64,000 nt of DNA from an uncultured Nitrososphaerota archaeon (lineage in GTDB: Archaea; Thermoproteota; Nitrososphaeria; Nitrososphaerales; Gagatemarchaeaceae). Under the pieces are notes generated by a model. The model did no database searches, was not told the DNA's origin, and worked only from the letters and a program-made list of their open reading frames with translations. The stretch covers positions 2,016,001 to 2,080,000 of the forward strand of contig OY969807.1 of the NCBI GenBank assembly GCA_963703285.1. Direction: 5' to 3'. Made by a program: the position numbers and the translations under genes. Below are positions 1-9,701 of the stretch, one piece after another (the first letter of the stretch is position 1; every line of letters begins with the position of its first letter).

Positions 1-8
1 CGGTCCAA

Positions 9-590
9 TCAGAATCCGGCAAAGAGCTTGCGGCGGTAGTTGTAAAGCACCAGGAAGGGCCTGTCCTTCACATCCACTATGCTGAGCGAGGCGGGCTCTG
101 GATGAAGCACGTAGTATCTCTCCTTGCCCACCCTCCTCTCGACGACGCGCTCGAGCATCGCGGTGATGACGTCGCCGTGGGAGACCATGACGACGTTTCC
201 CTTCGCCTCCTTCCGGACGGTCTCGACCGCCCTCGCGGTGCGCTCCAGCAGCTCTTCGTTCGTCTCGGTGTAGTCTCCGGGGTCGCTCAGTATGTGGTGT
301 CTCCCCTCCCTGCCGACGAACTGGGGCTTGATCTTGGCCTCGGTCAGCTCCTCCAGCGTCTTCACCTTCAGCTCGTGCGGGCGTGCCAGGATCTTTGCGG
401 TCTCGACGGCTCGAAAGACGGGGCTGCTGTAGACCGCGTCGACCTTCACCTTCGAAAGCGTCTTGGCGATGAAGGCGACGTCCTTGACCCCCCTCTTCGT
501 CAGCGGGTAGTCCAGCGGACCCGCCTCTATGCCCTTGACGTTGGCCTTGGTCTCCCCGTGCCTGACGATGAAGAGGTAGTCGACCGTCAT
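9..590 (-). CDS. Histidine phosphatase (phosphoglycerate mutase) family protein
   Basis: N-terminal IVRHGET motif, VYSSP..RAVETA and VSHG motifs. Confidence 0.9.
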   Translation of the reverse strand: MTVDYLFIVRHGETKANVKGIEAGPLDYPLTKRGVKDVAFIAKTLSKVKVDAVYSSPVFRAVETAKILARPHELKVKTLEELTEAKIKPQFVGREGRHHILSDPGDYTETNEELLERTARAVETVRKEAKGNVVMVSHGDVITAMLERVVERRVGKERYYVLHPEPASLSIVDVKDRPFLVLYNYRRKLFAGF

Positions 591-727
591 GTCCTTGGCC
601 TTCTGTTTTCGAGCCTGATTTAACCAAGCTCCCCAAGAAGCTTATGGTAAGGTCGTTAGGTCTGCGCCGGCACCCGCGCTCCCAAGAGCTTTATCTGAAC
701 CCACTCGAAGCGTCCTGAGGAATCGGT

Positions 728-2641
728 ATGGCGGGTGGTGAGAGGAGGCTCGCGGCGATCATGTTCACCGACATCGTGGGATATACCCGCCTTTCACAGG
801 CCGATGAGTCTCTTGCGCTGGAACTCCTGGAGGAGCACCGCGCTTTCCTCCGCCCGTCGTTCGTCGCCCACGGGGGGTCCGAGGTGAAGACGATCGGGGA
901 CGCCTTCCTCGTGGAGTTCAAGAGCGCCCTCGACGCCGTTCTCTGCGCCGTCGAGATTCAGAAGAAGATGCGGGAGCGCGCAGAGGGAGCGGCTCCCTCT
1001 AGAAAACTGGAGCTGAGGATAGGGGTCCACGTCGGGGACGTGGTACACGGGCGGGACGACATATTTGGCGACGCTGTGAACGTCGCCTCGAGGATCGTCA
1101 GGCTCGCGGAGCCTGGCGTGACGTGCATCTCCCAGCAGGTCTTCGACCAAGTCAGGAACAAGACCGCACTCGACTTCGAAAGGATTGGAGACGTCGAGCT
1201 GAAGAACGTCAACCTTCCCGTCGGCGTCTACAGAATCAACCTGGAAGCGAGGGGGCAGCAGAAGGGCGAGCGCCCGGGACCAAGGAGAAGGCTGGCGGTC
1301 CTGCCCTTCGCCAACATCAGCCCCGACCCTAACGACGAGTACTTCGCCGACGGCCTCATGGAGGAGCTGATCTCGAAGCTCTCGGACGTCCGCGACCTGA
1401 AGGTAATCTCCAGGACCTCCGCGATGAGCTACAAGCGGAAGGAGAAGAAGGTCTCGGAGATAGCGAGGGAACTCGACGTCGGCTCGGTTATAGAGGGGAG
1501 CGTAAGGAAGGCGGGCAGCAGGATCAGGATCTCGGTCCAGCTGGTGGACGCCCGCACGGAGGAGCACCTCTGGTCGGCGAACTACGACAGCGAGCTGAAC
1601 GACATCTTCGCGATCCAGAGCGACGTCGCCTCCAAGGTGGCGAGCTCGCTCTCGTCGGGATTCTTCTCGGAGACGAAGAGGGAGGACACCAGCGACGTAG
1701 AGGCTTACACCCTCTACCTCAGGGCGATCCAGCTCCTCAACGAGGCCAACGAGGCGAGCCTTAGGGAGGCGGTCGTCTTGCTCAATCGGGCCATCTCGAA
1801 GGACCCTGCCTTCGCCCGTGCACACGCGGGTCTGGCCGATGCGTGGGGGGCCCTGGGCTCAATGGGCTACGAGGACTTCGCGACGGCCACCAGCCGGGCC
1901 GAGGCCTCGGCGCTGAAGGCTCTCGACCTCGGACCAGGTCTCGCGGAATCGCACTCCTCAATGGCATCCGCGAACTTCCTGCTCGACCGGTTCGACTCGG
2001 CACTGACCGAAGCCGAGGAAGCCATCCGTATCAACCCGAACCTCTCCGACGTGTACATCTCGCTCGGAATCCTGTACACGATTCTGCGCACCCCAGAGGA
2101 AGCGCTGTCACAGTTCAAGAGGGCCTACGAGCTCGATCCCCTGTCCGTCGTCACGGCGGATCTTCTCGCCGCCGCGGCCTATCTGGCCGGAGAAGGGGAC
2201 CTTGCGCTGGATGTCCTGGCGAGGACGAAGGAGTTCAACCCGAACCACTGGAGGGTCTACGTCTCGATGGCAGAGTACTACATGGACAGCCGAGACTTCG
2301 GTGAGGCCCAGAGGATGCTGGACACCGCTAGAAAGATGAGCCCGGCCGAACCCTCCATCAGGACCGTTCAGGGCGTGCTGTTCGCTCGCGCGGGGCGAAG
2401 GAAGGAGGCGGTGGACACGCTGAACGAGATACTCGCCGACAGCAAAGAGTCGGTCCGGCTCTTCGGGCGGCTCATGATAGGCACGGCGCTGGACGACCTC
2501 GACGAGGCTTTCACGGCCCTGATGCGGATGGCGGAGATACACTCGTGGCCCTTTCTCATCAGGGCCGACCCGTTCTTCGCAAAGCTGCGAACGGACCCGC
2601 GCTATCTGGAGTTCAGCACCAAGGTGGGGCTGCAGGCATAG
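728..2641 (+). CDS. Class III adenylate/guanylate cyclase with TolB-like domain and TPR repeats
   Basis: RRLAAIMFTDIVGYT, KTIGDAFL, DIFGDAVNVASR, LAVLPFANIS, followed by TPR-like helices. Confidence 0.9.
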   Translation: MAGGERRLAAIMFTDIVGYTRLSQADESLALELLEEHRAFLRPSFVAHGGSEVKTIGDAFLVEFKSALDAVLCAVEIQKKMRERAEGAAPSRKLELRIGVHVGDVVHGRDDIFGDAVNVASRIVRLAEPGVTCISQQVFDQVRNKTALDFERIGDVELKNVNLPVGVYRINLEARGQQKGERPGPRRRLAVLPFANISPDPNDEYFADGLMEELISKLSDVRDLKVISRTSAMSYKRKEKKVSEIARELDVGSVIEGSVRKAGSRIRISVQLVDARTEEHLWSANYDSELNDIFAIQSDVASKVASSLSSGFFSETKREDTSDVEAYTLYLRAIQLLNEANEASLREAVVLLNRAISKDPAFARAHAGLADAWGALGSMGYEDFATATSRAEASALKALDLGPGLAESHSSMASANFLLDRFDSALTEAEEAIRINPNLSDVYISLGILYTILRTPEEALSQFKRAYELDPLSVVTADLLAAAAYLAGEGDLALDVLARTKEFNPNHWRVYVSMAEYYMDSRDFGEAQRMLDTARKMSPAEPSIRTVQGVLFARAGRRKEAVDTLNEILADSKESVRLFGRLMIGTALDDLDEAFTALMRMAEIHSWPFLIRADPFFAKLRTDPRYLEFSTKVGLQA

Positions 2642-2754
2642 AACGCGCCCGAGACCTTTCCAAGACGTCCGGGTCCAACAGGCCCTAGGGCTGCTTTTCT
2701 CCCAGGACAAGCGAAACGCTATTCTCCCCGTCGGAAGAGGCTGCCGGCTCAGAC

Positions 2755-3612
2755 ATGACCACCTCTGGCAGCAAGCTTTTCGTCGCGGGACGACTCACGA
2801 AGATAGCTCTCCCCACAGAGCTGCGGGGCCATCACGTGCGAGCCCTGTCCGGCGGACTCGTGCTGGACTCCTCTCTCACCGACGATTTCGGGAGATTCCT
2901 GCTCGAATGGCCGGACCGTGGCGCCGAAGGTAACACCTTCGTCGAGCTCCTAGGCCCCGAGGGTGCGGTCTCCGAATCAAGGGAACTGGCGAGGGCCGAC
3001 CTGGATTCGCCTCCGGTCGTAGCCTTCTCCGGGGAGGGTGTGGTGGGCTTCGAGGCCTCCCCCCAGGACGGCGACCGCAGGGACAGGTTCGTGGCGGAGG
3101 GCTGCTATCCGGTCTATGTGGCCCCGTCCTGCCTGGGGGTGACGCTCTCTTGGACCGGCCCCGAGGGCTCCCGCGTCTCGATCCTAAGCGGCGGAGAGGC
3201 CCTCCAAAGCGGGTTGCCTCACGTGGGGTCGCTGAAGGTCACGGACGCCCAGAGCAGCTCGTACACAAGGCGAACGTGGCTCGCCGGAGCGGGGCCCGAC
3301 CAGTTTTCGGACCTGACCGTCGAGGTCCGACGGTATCCGTCCCTCTCGCTCGTCATCTGGGGATTGGCGCTGTGGCCTCCGGGTCAGGGTGACTTCGGCG
3401 CATCGATAAGCTGTCCCGCCGGAGAGGAGGGATTGGCCGTGACGGTGAGGAGCTCAGACCTGGAGATTGTGCCCGATTTCGAGATCAGAATCTCCCCGGG
3501 GACGACCTGGGCCACGACCCGCGTGCCGATGGGCTCCAAGAAGGGGGTCGCGAAAATCACGGCCTCGGCTCGCGGATTCGCACGAGACGCCGTCACCTTC
3601 TCGGTGAAGTAG
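2755..3612 (+). CDS. Hypothetical protein, beta-rich
   Basis: 285 aa ORF with ATG start and host-like codon use; no motif recognised. Confidence 0.6.
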   Translation: MTTSGSKLFVAGRLTKIALPTELRGHHVRALSGGLVLDSSLTDDFGRFLLEWPDRGAEGNTFVELLGPEGAVSESRELARADLDSPPVVAFSGEGVVGFEASPQDGDRRDRFVAEGCYPVYVAPSCLGVTLSWTGPEGSRVSILSGGEALQSGLPHVGSLKVTDAQSSSYTRRTWLAGAGPDQFSDLTVEVRRYPSLSLVIWGLALWPPGQGDFGASISCPAGEEGLAVTVRSSDLEIVPDFEIRISPGTTWATTRVPMGSKKGVAKITASARGFARDAVTFSVK

Positions 3613-3815
3613 TCTTGGTGCTACCCTGTCCCATGAGATTGGACAACCGGTCAGCTGTCTCAGTTGTGCAGAAAAACGAGACCTTCGGTGAAGAGAGCCT
3701 AGGACGAGCCGGCGGCTCGGGCGAGACGAGCATCAAGACCGGGACTCTAGAGTAAGGAATCGGCTCTGCGAATCACGTCGAAGTCTTAAATCCGGTTGAA
3801 TCACAACGTGAGCTC

Positions 3816-4409
3816 ATGTCGGAGGACAGGTTCTGCAGAGAATGCGGCGCAGAACTGCCTCCCGGGAGCGCCTTCTGCCCGAAGTGCGGCGTTCCTGTTG
3901 GGCAGGCCCCAGCCACCTCCAGCGGCGCACTGAGCGGCATCGACGCGTTGATCAAGGACCCCGCCGCCCAGAACTACTGGCTCAAGCGCTTCCTCGCCAT
4001 CCTCGTCGACGTGATCATCGTTTTCGTGATCCTCGTGGTGATTGCCGCGGCCGTCGCGATACCTGGTTTCGTACTGTCGGGGACAGCGGGAGTGACTTTC
4101 CTGTTTGCTGGGGTCTTCGCGATTGCAGCGGGGCTCATCATCTTCCTCTACTTCATAGTGGCTGAGGTGACGCGGGGAGCGACAGTTGGGAAGAGTGCCT
4201 TCAACCTGAAGGTCGTCGGGCCCAACGGAGGAAACCCTACCTTTATCCAGTCTCTGGTAAGGAACATCAGCAAGATCTACTGGATTCTGCTTCTTCTTGA
4301 CGTCGTTGTTGGCCTGGCCACTTCGAAGCAGTACACCCAGAAGTTCAGCGACAGGCTCGTCGGCACTTCGGTCGTCGAATCAAGGCCCCGGCATTTGATT
4401 GACAGATAG
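3816..4409 (+). CDS. Zinc-ribbon plus RDD family membrane protein
   Basis: FCRECG...FCPKCG; KRFLAILVD, TVGKSAFNLKVV, QKFSDRLVGTSVV. Confidence 0.85.
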   Translation: MSEDRFCRECGAELPPGSAFCPKCGVPVGQAPATSSGALSGIDALIKDPAAQNYWLKRFLAILVDVIIVFVILVVIAAAVAIPGFVLSGTAGVTFLFAGVFAIAAGLIIFLYFIVAEVTRGATVGKSAFNLKVVGPNGGNPTFIQSLVRNISKIYWILLLLDVVVGLATSKQYTQKFSDRLVGTSVVESRPRHLIDR

Positions 4410-4471
4410 CTTCGGTCTGGCGTTCCTGCCACCAACGGTGGGTCACGCAGGACTCGAGCGCCGCCCGACGC

Positions 4472-4508
4472 TTACTCCTCGTCGAGGAACTCGGCGGGGT
4501 TCGGCGGC
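4472..4508 (-). repeat. Copy of aEF-2 3' end (encodes PPNPAEFLDEE*)
   Basis: ttactcctcgtcgaggaactcggcggggttcggcggc has 4 differences in 37 bp versus 20818-20854. Confidence 0.85.
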
Positions 4509-4570
4509 CCATCGGGGCGAACGCTCCTCAAAAGGTTGAATTAGGCAGCGGCCCTCGAGCCTTCCAGACC

Positions 4571-4948
4571 TTGCCAGAGGACGCGCCAAGCACGAACCCG
4601 GGAGCGGTGAGCGACCACCTGGCCAACGAGCGGACGTACCTCGCTTGGGTCCGGACGGGCATCGCGGTCATCGCCCTCGGATTCGTCGTGGCGAAGTTCG
4701 GGTTGCTGGTAAAGGAGCTCGCCCCGTCGGCTCCCTCGACCTCCTACGGGTTCTCGTCGGACATCGGGATAGCGCTGGTCATCGTCGGCGGGCTGATGCA
4801 GCTGCTCGCCCTGAGCCAGTTCGTCCTCAACCAGCGCAGGATTAGGGGTGGCAGGTACGAGCCGAGCAGAGGGATTGAGGTCCTCATCTCCGTCCTGGTC
4901 TTCGCGGTGGCGCTCCTGCTGGTGGTCTACCTCGCGGTCACGACGTGA
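4571..4948 (+). CDS. DUF202/YidH family membrane protein
   Basis: DHLANERTYLAWVRTG signature, three TM segments. Confidence 0.9.
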   Translation: MPEDAPSTNPGAVSDHLANERTYLAWVRTGIAVIALGFVVAKFGLLVKELAPSAPSTSYGFSSDIGIALVIVGGLMQLLALSQFVLNQRRIRGGRYEPSRGIEVLISVLVFAVALLLVVYLAVTT

Positions 4949-5041
4949 GGGTGCGGTCGGGCCGCCTGACGCCCCTCGCCGGCAGTGGACGAAGTCGGCG
5001 CCCGGGCTACACCGCCCTTGCGTCCCTCCATCTTGAGCTGC

Positions 5042-5063
5042 CTGCTCCTTGTCGACGAACCCT
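5042..5063 (-). repeat. Degenerate copy of aEF-2 3' end
   Basis: ctgctccttgtcgacgaaccct versus ctactccttgtcgatgaactct (3 mismatches in 22); stop codon lost. Confidence 0.5.
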
Positions 5064-5335
5064 CGAGTTCAGGGTCAGGGCCGACGCCGGAAAATCGGGG
5101 TACGCATCGGCGGCGCCGCTCCGTCTGCGTACTACCCCTTCGGGGGCAGGAAGGATTCGTTCTACGCGGTCCTGCACGCCCAGATCGACACGGTCGACTT
5201 CTTCACCGACAAGAAGATAGCGATATCGAAGTGAGAGTTCCGGACGGCTGTCAGGCACTAAGGGTCTCTTCTTCGGGGGGCTCTCAGAGCTAAAAGGCGC
5301 GGACGGCTGACGCCTCGGGTGGAAGGTGACACGAA

Positions 5336-6586
5336 CTGCCCCTAGGTCGGGGCGTAGTTCTCATACTTGGGTCGCGGGTCGTGAGAACCTTCCCGCTCGG
5401 AATCTTGGGCGTCCTACTCCCAGTCTACCTCTCGGCGATCGGGTCGTCGGTCTTCGTGGGCCTCTTCTTCTCCCTTTCCGCTCTATCTAGCTTCCTGGTC
5501 CTACTGCTGCTCGGACTGCGGGGCCAAAGAATCCGGGTACGCAACGCCCTGGTCGCCCAAATCTTGCTCTTCTCGGCATGTCTCACGGTGATGACATTCT
5601 CCCCGATAGCCGCGCTCTTCCTAGTTGCGGCCGCTATCTCGATCACGAACTGGGCCCCCGGTGGGGGCAGCGGCACCGCAGGCGGCGCCTACAACACCTC
5701 CGTCAACATACTACTCAGCGAAAACTCCGAGCCGAGTGGCAGGACCTTGGCGCTCAGCCTCTCGTCGGTAATCGGGGCGCTTTCGTTCGCGGCGGGGGCA
5801 TATTTCCTAAGCACCCTTAACATCCCCCGCTCCGAACTCGTGATCTCCCCTCTCACGAACGGTTCTCTCAATCTTGCGAAGCCCTCGACAGTATTTGCTA
5901 TCTCGGCGATCACCCAGCTCCTGGCTGCCGTCCTCTTGCTTAGGGTCAAGAACAAGAGCTCGGTGATCTCGGACAACGCGGCACCGCGGGGCGGACCCAG
6001 CGGCGGCCCCCAGGACCGGAGTACCGCGGTCGCGGTCTTCAGGCAGGCCTTCTCGTTGATTGCCGCCGAGTTCTCAAACGGTCTGGGGAACGGCATCTTC
6101 ACCCAACTCGTGCCCCTTTGGCTCTACGTGCGCTTCGGCATAAGCCTCGGGGAGGTGGCCGAGATCTTCTCCGTCGTCGGGGTGCTCACTGCGTTCATCG
6201 TGCTAGCATCTCCCCGGTTGGAATCGAGGATTGGGTCGATAAACGCCATATTCGCCGCCCGGTCCCTGTCGGGCGCCCTCCTGGTCGTGACTGCTCTCGC
6301 GCCGAGCTTGGTCGTCGCGTTGATTCCCTACTTCGCGTCGCTGGTCTTCTCCCGGGTCTCGCTCCCGATTCAACAGTCGTTCGTCTTCGCAAAGGTGAGT
6401 CGGGGCGAGTGGACGAGGGGAGCCAGCATGATCGCCACGGCAAACGTGGCGGGGACGGTGATAGGGCCGACGCTGGGCGCCTTTCTTCTTCTCAACGTCA
6501 ATCCTGGCCTGCCCTTCTTCATCGCGGCGCCCTTCATCCTCCTCAGCGCTTGGATATACCGAAGGTTCCTCCACCAGAGCCACTGA
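5336..6586 (+). CDS. MFS transporter (probable CTG start at 5336; ORF track start 5381)
   Basis: About 12 hydrophobic segments; frame open back to CTG 5336, which is preceded by GGAAGGTGA. Confidence 0.8.
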   Translation: MPLGRGVVLILGSRVVRTFPLGILGVLLPVYLSAIGSSVFVGLFFSLSALSSFLVLLLLGLRGQRIRVRNALVAQILLFSACLTVMTFSPIAALFLVAAAISITNWAPGGGSGTAGGAYNTSVNILLSENSEPSGRTLALSLSSVIGALSFAAGAYFLSTLNIPRSELVISPLTNGSLNLAKPSTVFAISAITQLLAAVLLLRVKNKSSVISDNAAPRGGPSGGPQDRSTAVAVFRQAFSLIAAEFSNGLGNGIFTQLVPLWLYVRFGISLGEVAEIFSVVGVLTAFIVLASPRLESRIGSINAIFAARSLSGALLVVTALAPSLVVALIPYFASLVFSRVSLPIQQSFVFAKVSRGEWTRGASMIATANVAGTVIGPTLGAFLLLNVNPGLPFFIAAPFILLSAWIYRRFLHQSH

Positions 6587-6663
6587 GACGCGCCGCGCCG
6601 TCGCGGCCGCTGCGTGGTCGTGGGCACAATCCCTATTATCAGAGGCCCTTCGAAGTCTGGGCC

Positions 6664-8061
6664 ATGCCCAAGCGCTCGAACTACCCGCCAGCAAGGTACC
6701 CCAACTTCAGGCCGGTATCGAGAGCGGTGCTCAGGCGCAGGATAGGGTCGATAGTTGCGCGGCCACCCTCCGAGGACCTCGAGAACCAGCCACACATGCC
6801 CCGCTACGGCATAAAGAAGGGTGACCGTGTTCTGGTGATAGCTCTGACTGAGTTCGACCCCCTCGTCGTCGAGGAGTACGTGGAAGCGATGAGGGCGTCC
6901 GGCGGGAAGGTCGACCTCCTTACGATCGACTCGAAGCCGACGGTGCCGCCTGAAGACGCAGCGGTGCAGGAGGCAGAGAGCATAGAGCCCAGCGGAGACA
7001 AAGACGTCGTCTACACAAGAATGACCAACCTATTGAACCCCAACTCTCTGTCAGGCCTGGTCCGGGCCGAAGGCTACGACCTGGTCGTGAGCGGCACCGC
7101 TGGGCCCCTCCCCAGAGTTCCATACAGATGGGTGAGGATGGAGTACATCAGCCGGGAGGAGTTCTCGAGCCCCCAGATAGACTTCCCCTTCGAGCTTCAG
7201 TCACTGATAGACCGGAAGGTGTTCGAGGCAATTCGCAGTTGCGAGAGGGTAAGGATCACCGACCCCGAGGGAACGGACGTATCTTTCACGAACTACGATG
7301 ACAAGCGACCCTTGGCCATGGCACACGAGTACGGCAAGCCCATCAACTTCGGATATGGCGGCATCGAGGACTGCACCGGAGTGATTGCAGGCACGCTGAA
7401 CCACCTGGGCGCTTTCCCCAACTGCAGGGCTCACGTCAAAGACGGCCTGATAGTGAAGGTGGAGGGAGGGGGAAAGTACGGAGACGTGTGGAGGGAGAAG
7501 CTGGAGAAGTACCGGGACGTCGTATTCCCGGAATATCCGATGCGAACCGCGATGAAGCTCCCCGAAGATGGCGCCCCGAAGATCCGAACCCAGAGACCAG
7601 GCTTCTTCTGGTACTGGGAATGCGCCATCGGAACGATCCCCGGAGTATTCAGGCTCAGAGACGAGGGCGCGATGACCCACTTTGCGAACTTCCTGCACGA
7701 CAGGAAGCGCGCGGGCTACCTTCACCACGGCTTCGGGGGTTCCAACAACTCCGCCCCGTTGCTGATCAAGGCCGGTCTTCCGTGGACTCACGTCCACCTA
7801 CACAACATGTTTGCCACCTACGAAGGGCGAACCAAGAACGGCGAAAGCGTGAAGGTGATCGATAGGGGTCACCTGACCGCCCTGGAAAACGCGGACGTTC
7901 GTGCCCTTGCCGCCAGGCTAGGAGTCTCCAACATGCTGAGCGAGGTCTGGATACCCGCCGTCCCGGGAATCAACGTTGCCGGAGATTACGACGACTACTC
8001 GGCAAACCCATCCGAGTGGATAAGGTCAGAGGCGAAGAAGCACCCTACTCTCTCCGCGTAA
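6664..8061 (+). CDS. Metalloenzyme of aminopeptidase T (M29)/NicX-like fold, function uncertain
   Basis: ATG at 6664; VRITDPEGTD, VKVEGGG, WECAIG, LHHGFG, HVHLH motifs resemble that fold. Confidence 0.55.
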   Translation: MPKRSNYPPARYPNFRPVSRAVLRRRIGSIVARPPSEDLENQPHMPRYGIKKGDRVLVIALTEFDPLVVEEYVEAMRASGGKVDLLTIDSKPTVPPEDAAVQEAESIEPSGDKDVVYTRMTNLLNPNSLSGLVRAEGYDLVVSGTAGPLPRVPYRWVRMEYISREEFSSPQIDFPFELQSLIDRKVFEAIRSCERVRITDPEGTDVSFTNYDDKRPLAMAHEYGKPINFGYGGIEDCTGVIAGTLNHLGAFPNCRAHVKDGLIVKVEGGGKYGDVWREKLEKYRDVVFPEYPMRTAMKLPEDGAPKIRTQRPGFFWYWECAIGTIPGVFRLRDEGAMTHFANFLHDRKRAGYLHHGFGGSNNSAPLLIKAGLPWTHVHLHNMFATYEGRTKNGESVKVIDRGHLTALENADVRALAARLGVSNMLSEVWIPAVPGINVAGDYDDYSANPSEWIRSEAKKHPTLSA

Positions 8062-8161
8062 TCACAGCGTTCTCGGCCCAGGCGGCATCCCCGGAGAAAC
8101 GAGGAGGGGATTCAGGAGCGTCCTGGAACGTTTATTTAGCAAATTCGGCCGCGATTTCCCC

Positions 8162-8566
8162 GTGGATAAGAAGAGAATAACTGTCGACTCTGTTCCGGAG
8201 GCGGGGAAGAGAGACGCCTCGGGGACCCTTACCCCTGCGCCCGTCTCTAACGCGATAAGGTACGGAGATCTGGTGTTCACAACCGCGAAGCCTGGGCGCG
8301 ACCCCTCGGGAAGGCTGGCCGAGGGCATCGAGGGCCAGACAAGACAGGCCCTGGAGAACATCAAGGCGCTCCTGACGGCTGCGGGCACCGACATGGAACA
8401 CGTGCTCAAGACGTGGGTCTACGTGACGGACATAGGGTATTTTGAAGGAATGAACAGGGTGTATTCCACCTACTTCAAGGTCCCGCCGGCGCGCACCTTC
8501 CTGGTGACCACAGGGTGGTTCGATCCGGAGCAGCTCATAGAGATTGAGGTCATAGCGGGCATCTAG
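8162..8566 (+). CDS. RidA/YjgF family protein
   Basis: QTRQALENIKALL, MNRVYSTYF, PPART, LIEIEVIA. Confidence 0.9.
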   Translation: MDKKRITVDSVPEAGKRDASGTLTPAPVSNAIRYGDLVFTTAKPGRDPSGRLAEGIEGQTRQALENIKALLTAAGTDMEHVLKTWVYVTDIGYFEGMNRVYSTYFKVPPARTFLVTTGWFDPEQLIEIEVIAGI

Positions 8567-8569
8567 TCC

Positions 8570-9562
8570 TTGAAAACCTCGTTCGGCGTCAGAGTCCCAG
8601 TTTCCGGCCCATTCGCTGACTTGCAGAACATCAGGCGGGCCGCCCTGGAGTCCGAAGCTCTCGGGTTCGACGCTCTCTGGGTCCACGACCAGATTGTCTG
8701 GAGCAAGGAACAGAACTCCCACCACGTGTCGTCGGGGTCGGTGGAGGCCGTCACAGACAGAGACCCCAACTTCTTCGAGTCGATAACGACGCTCAGCTAT
8801 CTCGCCGGATTGACAAACAAGATCAGGCTGGGAGTGGCCGTCATCGTCCTTCCATACCGCAACCCTCTGGTCCTGGCGAAACAACTCATGAACCTCGACG
8901 TAATTTCGAACGGCCGGCTGATACTCGGCGTCGGAGCGGGAGCCCCTTTGGTGGCCAAGACCTTCGAGGCCGTGGGCGTGTCCTTCGAAAAGAGAGGAGA
9001 AATCACCGACGATTACCTGAAGGCGCTGCTTTCGGTGTTCGAGCGCCAGCCCCATTCGAGCTACTCCGGAAAGCACGCCAGCTTCGCAGGAATCGAGGTC
9101 TTCCCGAAACCGGTTCAGGCACCCCACCCTCCCATCATCGTCGGCGGACTTGGGAGAGCCCTTAGAAGAGCAGCGATGCTGGGAGACGGATGGATTCCCG
9201 CCAACATAACTCCCGATAACGTGAAGAAGGGAATAGCACGGATAGATTCGATCGCGAGGAAGAACGGAAGGCGGCTACCCGAGTTCATCGTCGGGAACGA
9301 GACGTTCGTCAGCCTGGACCGGGACTCGAACGCGGCGCGCAGAAACGCGGCGGCAACAGTCGCCAGTTACGCGAAGTCGATAGGCCGGGGGGGCGAAGAC
9401 GTCACCCTGATCGGATCGCCTTCGGAGGTTGTCGAGAGGGTGGAAGCCTACCGCCAGTCGGGGGTGAACATGTTCGAACTGAAGTTCATCTACAGGGACA
9501 TGGAGAGCCTGAGCTCGCAGTTGAAGCTGTTCGCGTCAGACGTGGCGCCCTCCTTCCTTTAG
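8570..9562 (+). CDS. LLM class flavin/F420-dependent oxidoreductase
   Basis: GFDALWVHD, LPYRNPLVLAKQ..LDVISNGRLILGVG, PKPVQAPHPPI. Confidence 0.9.
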   Translation: MKTSFGVRVPVSGPFADLQNIRRAALESEALGFDALWVHDQIVWSKEQNSHHVSSGSVEAVTDRDPNFFESITTLSYLAGLTNKIRLGVAVIVLPYRNPLVLAKQLMNLDVISNGRLILGVGAGAPLVAKTFEAVGVSFEKRGEITDDYLKALLSVFERQPHSSYSGKHASFAGIEVFPKPVQAPHPPIIVGGLGRALRRAAMLGDGWIPANITPDNVKKGIARIDSIARKNGRRLPEFIVGNETFVSLDRDSNAARRNAAATVASYAKSIGRGGEDVTLIGSPSEVVERVEAYRQSGVNMFELKFIYRDMESLSSQLKLFASDVAPSFL

Positions 9563-9701
9563 CGCTTCGTGACGCGGGGCGTCACGGCCAGTCGGGAGTC
9601 CTCGACGCGCTCCAGACAAGCTCGAATGATTTCCGGTCGGCGGATCCGCAACTCGTTGCAAACCGTTTAATATTCAGCCTCCCCCCCGAAGGAGACGTAC
9701 C

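Noticed and set aside
3621-3637. ctaccctgtcccatgag as a further aEF-2 tail copy
   Set aside because: Too short and gapped to distinguish from chance.
6118-6663. N-terminal 182 aa of the 647 aa ORF
   Set aside because: Overlaps the MFS gene in another frame with non-protein-like composition; ATG 6664 is the likely start.
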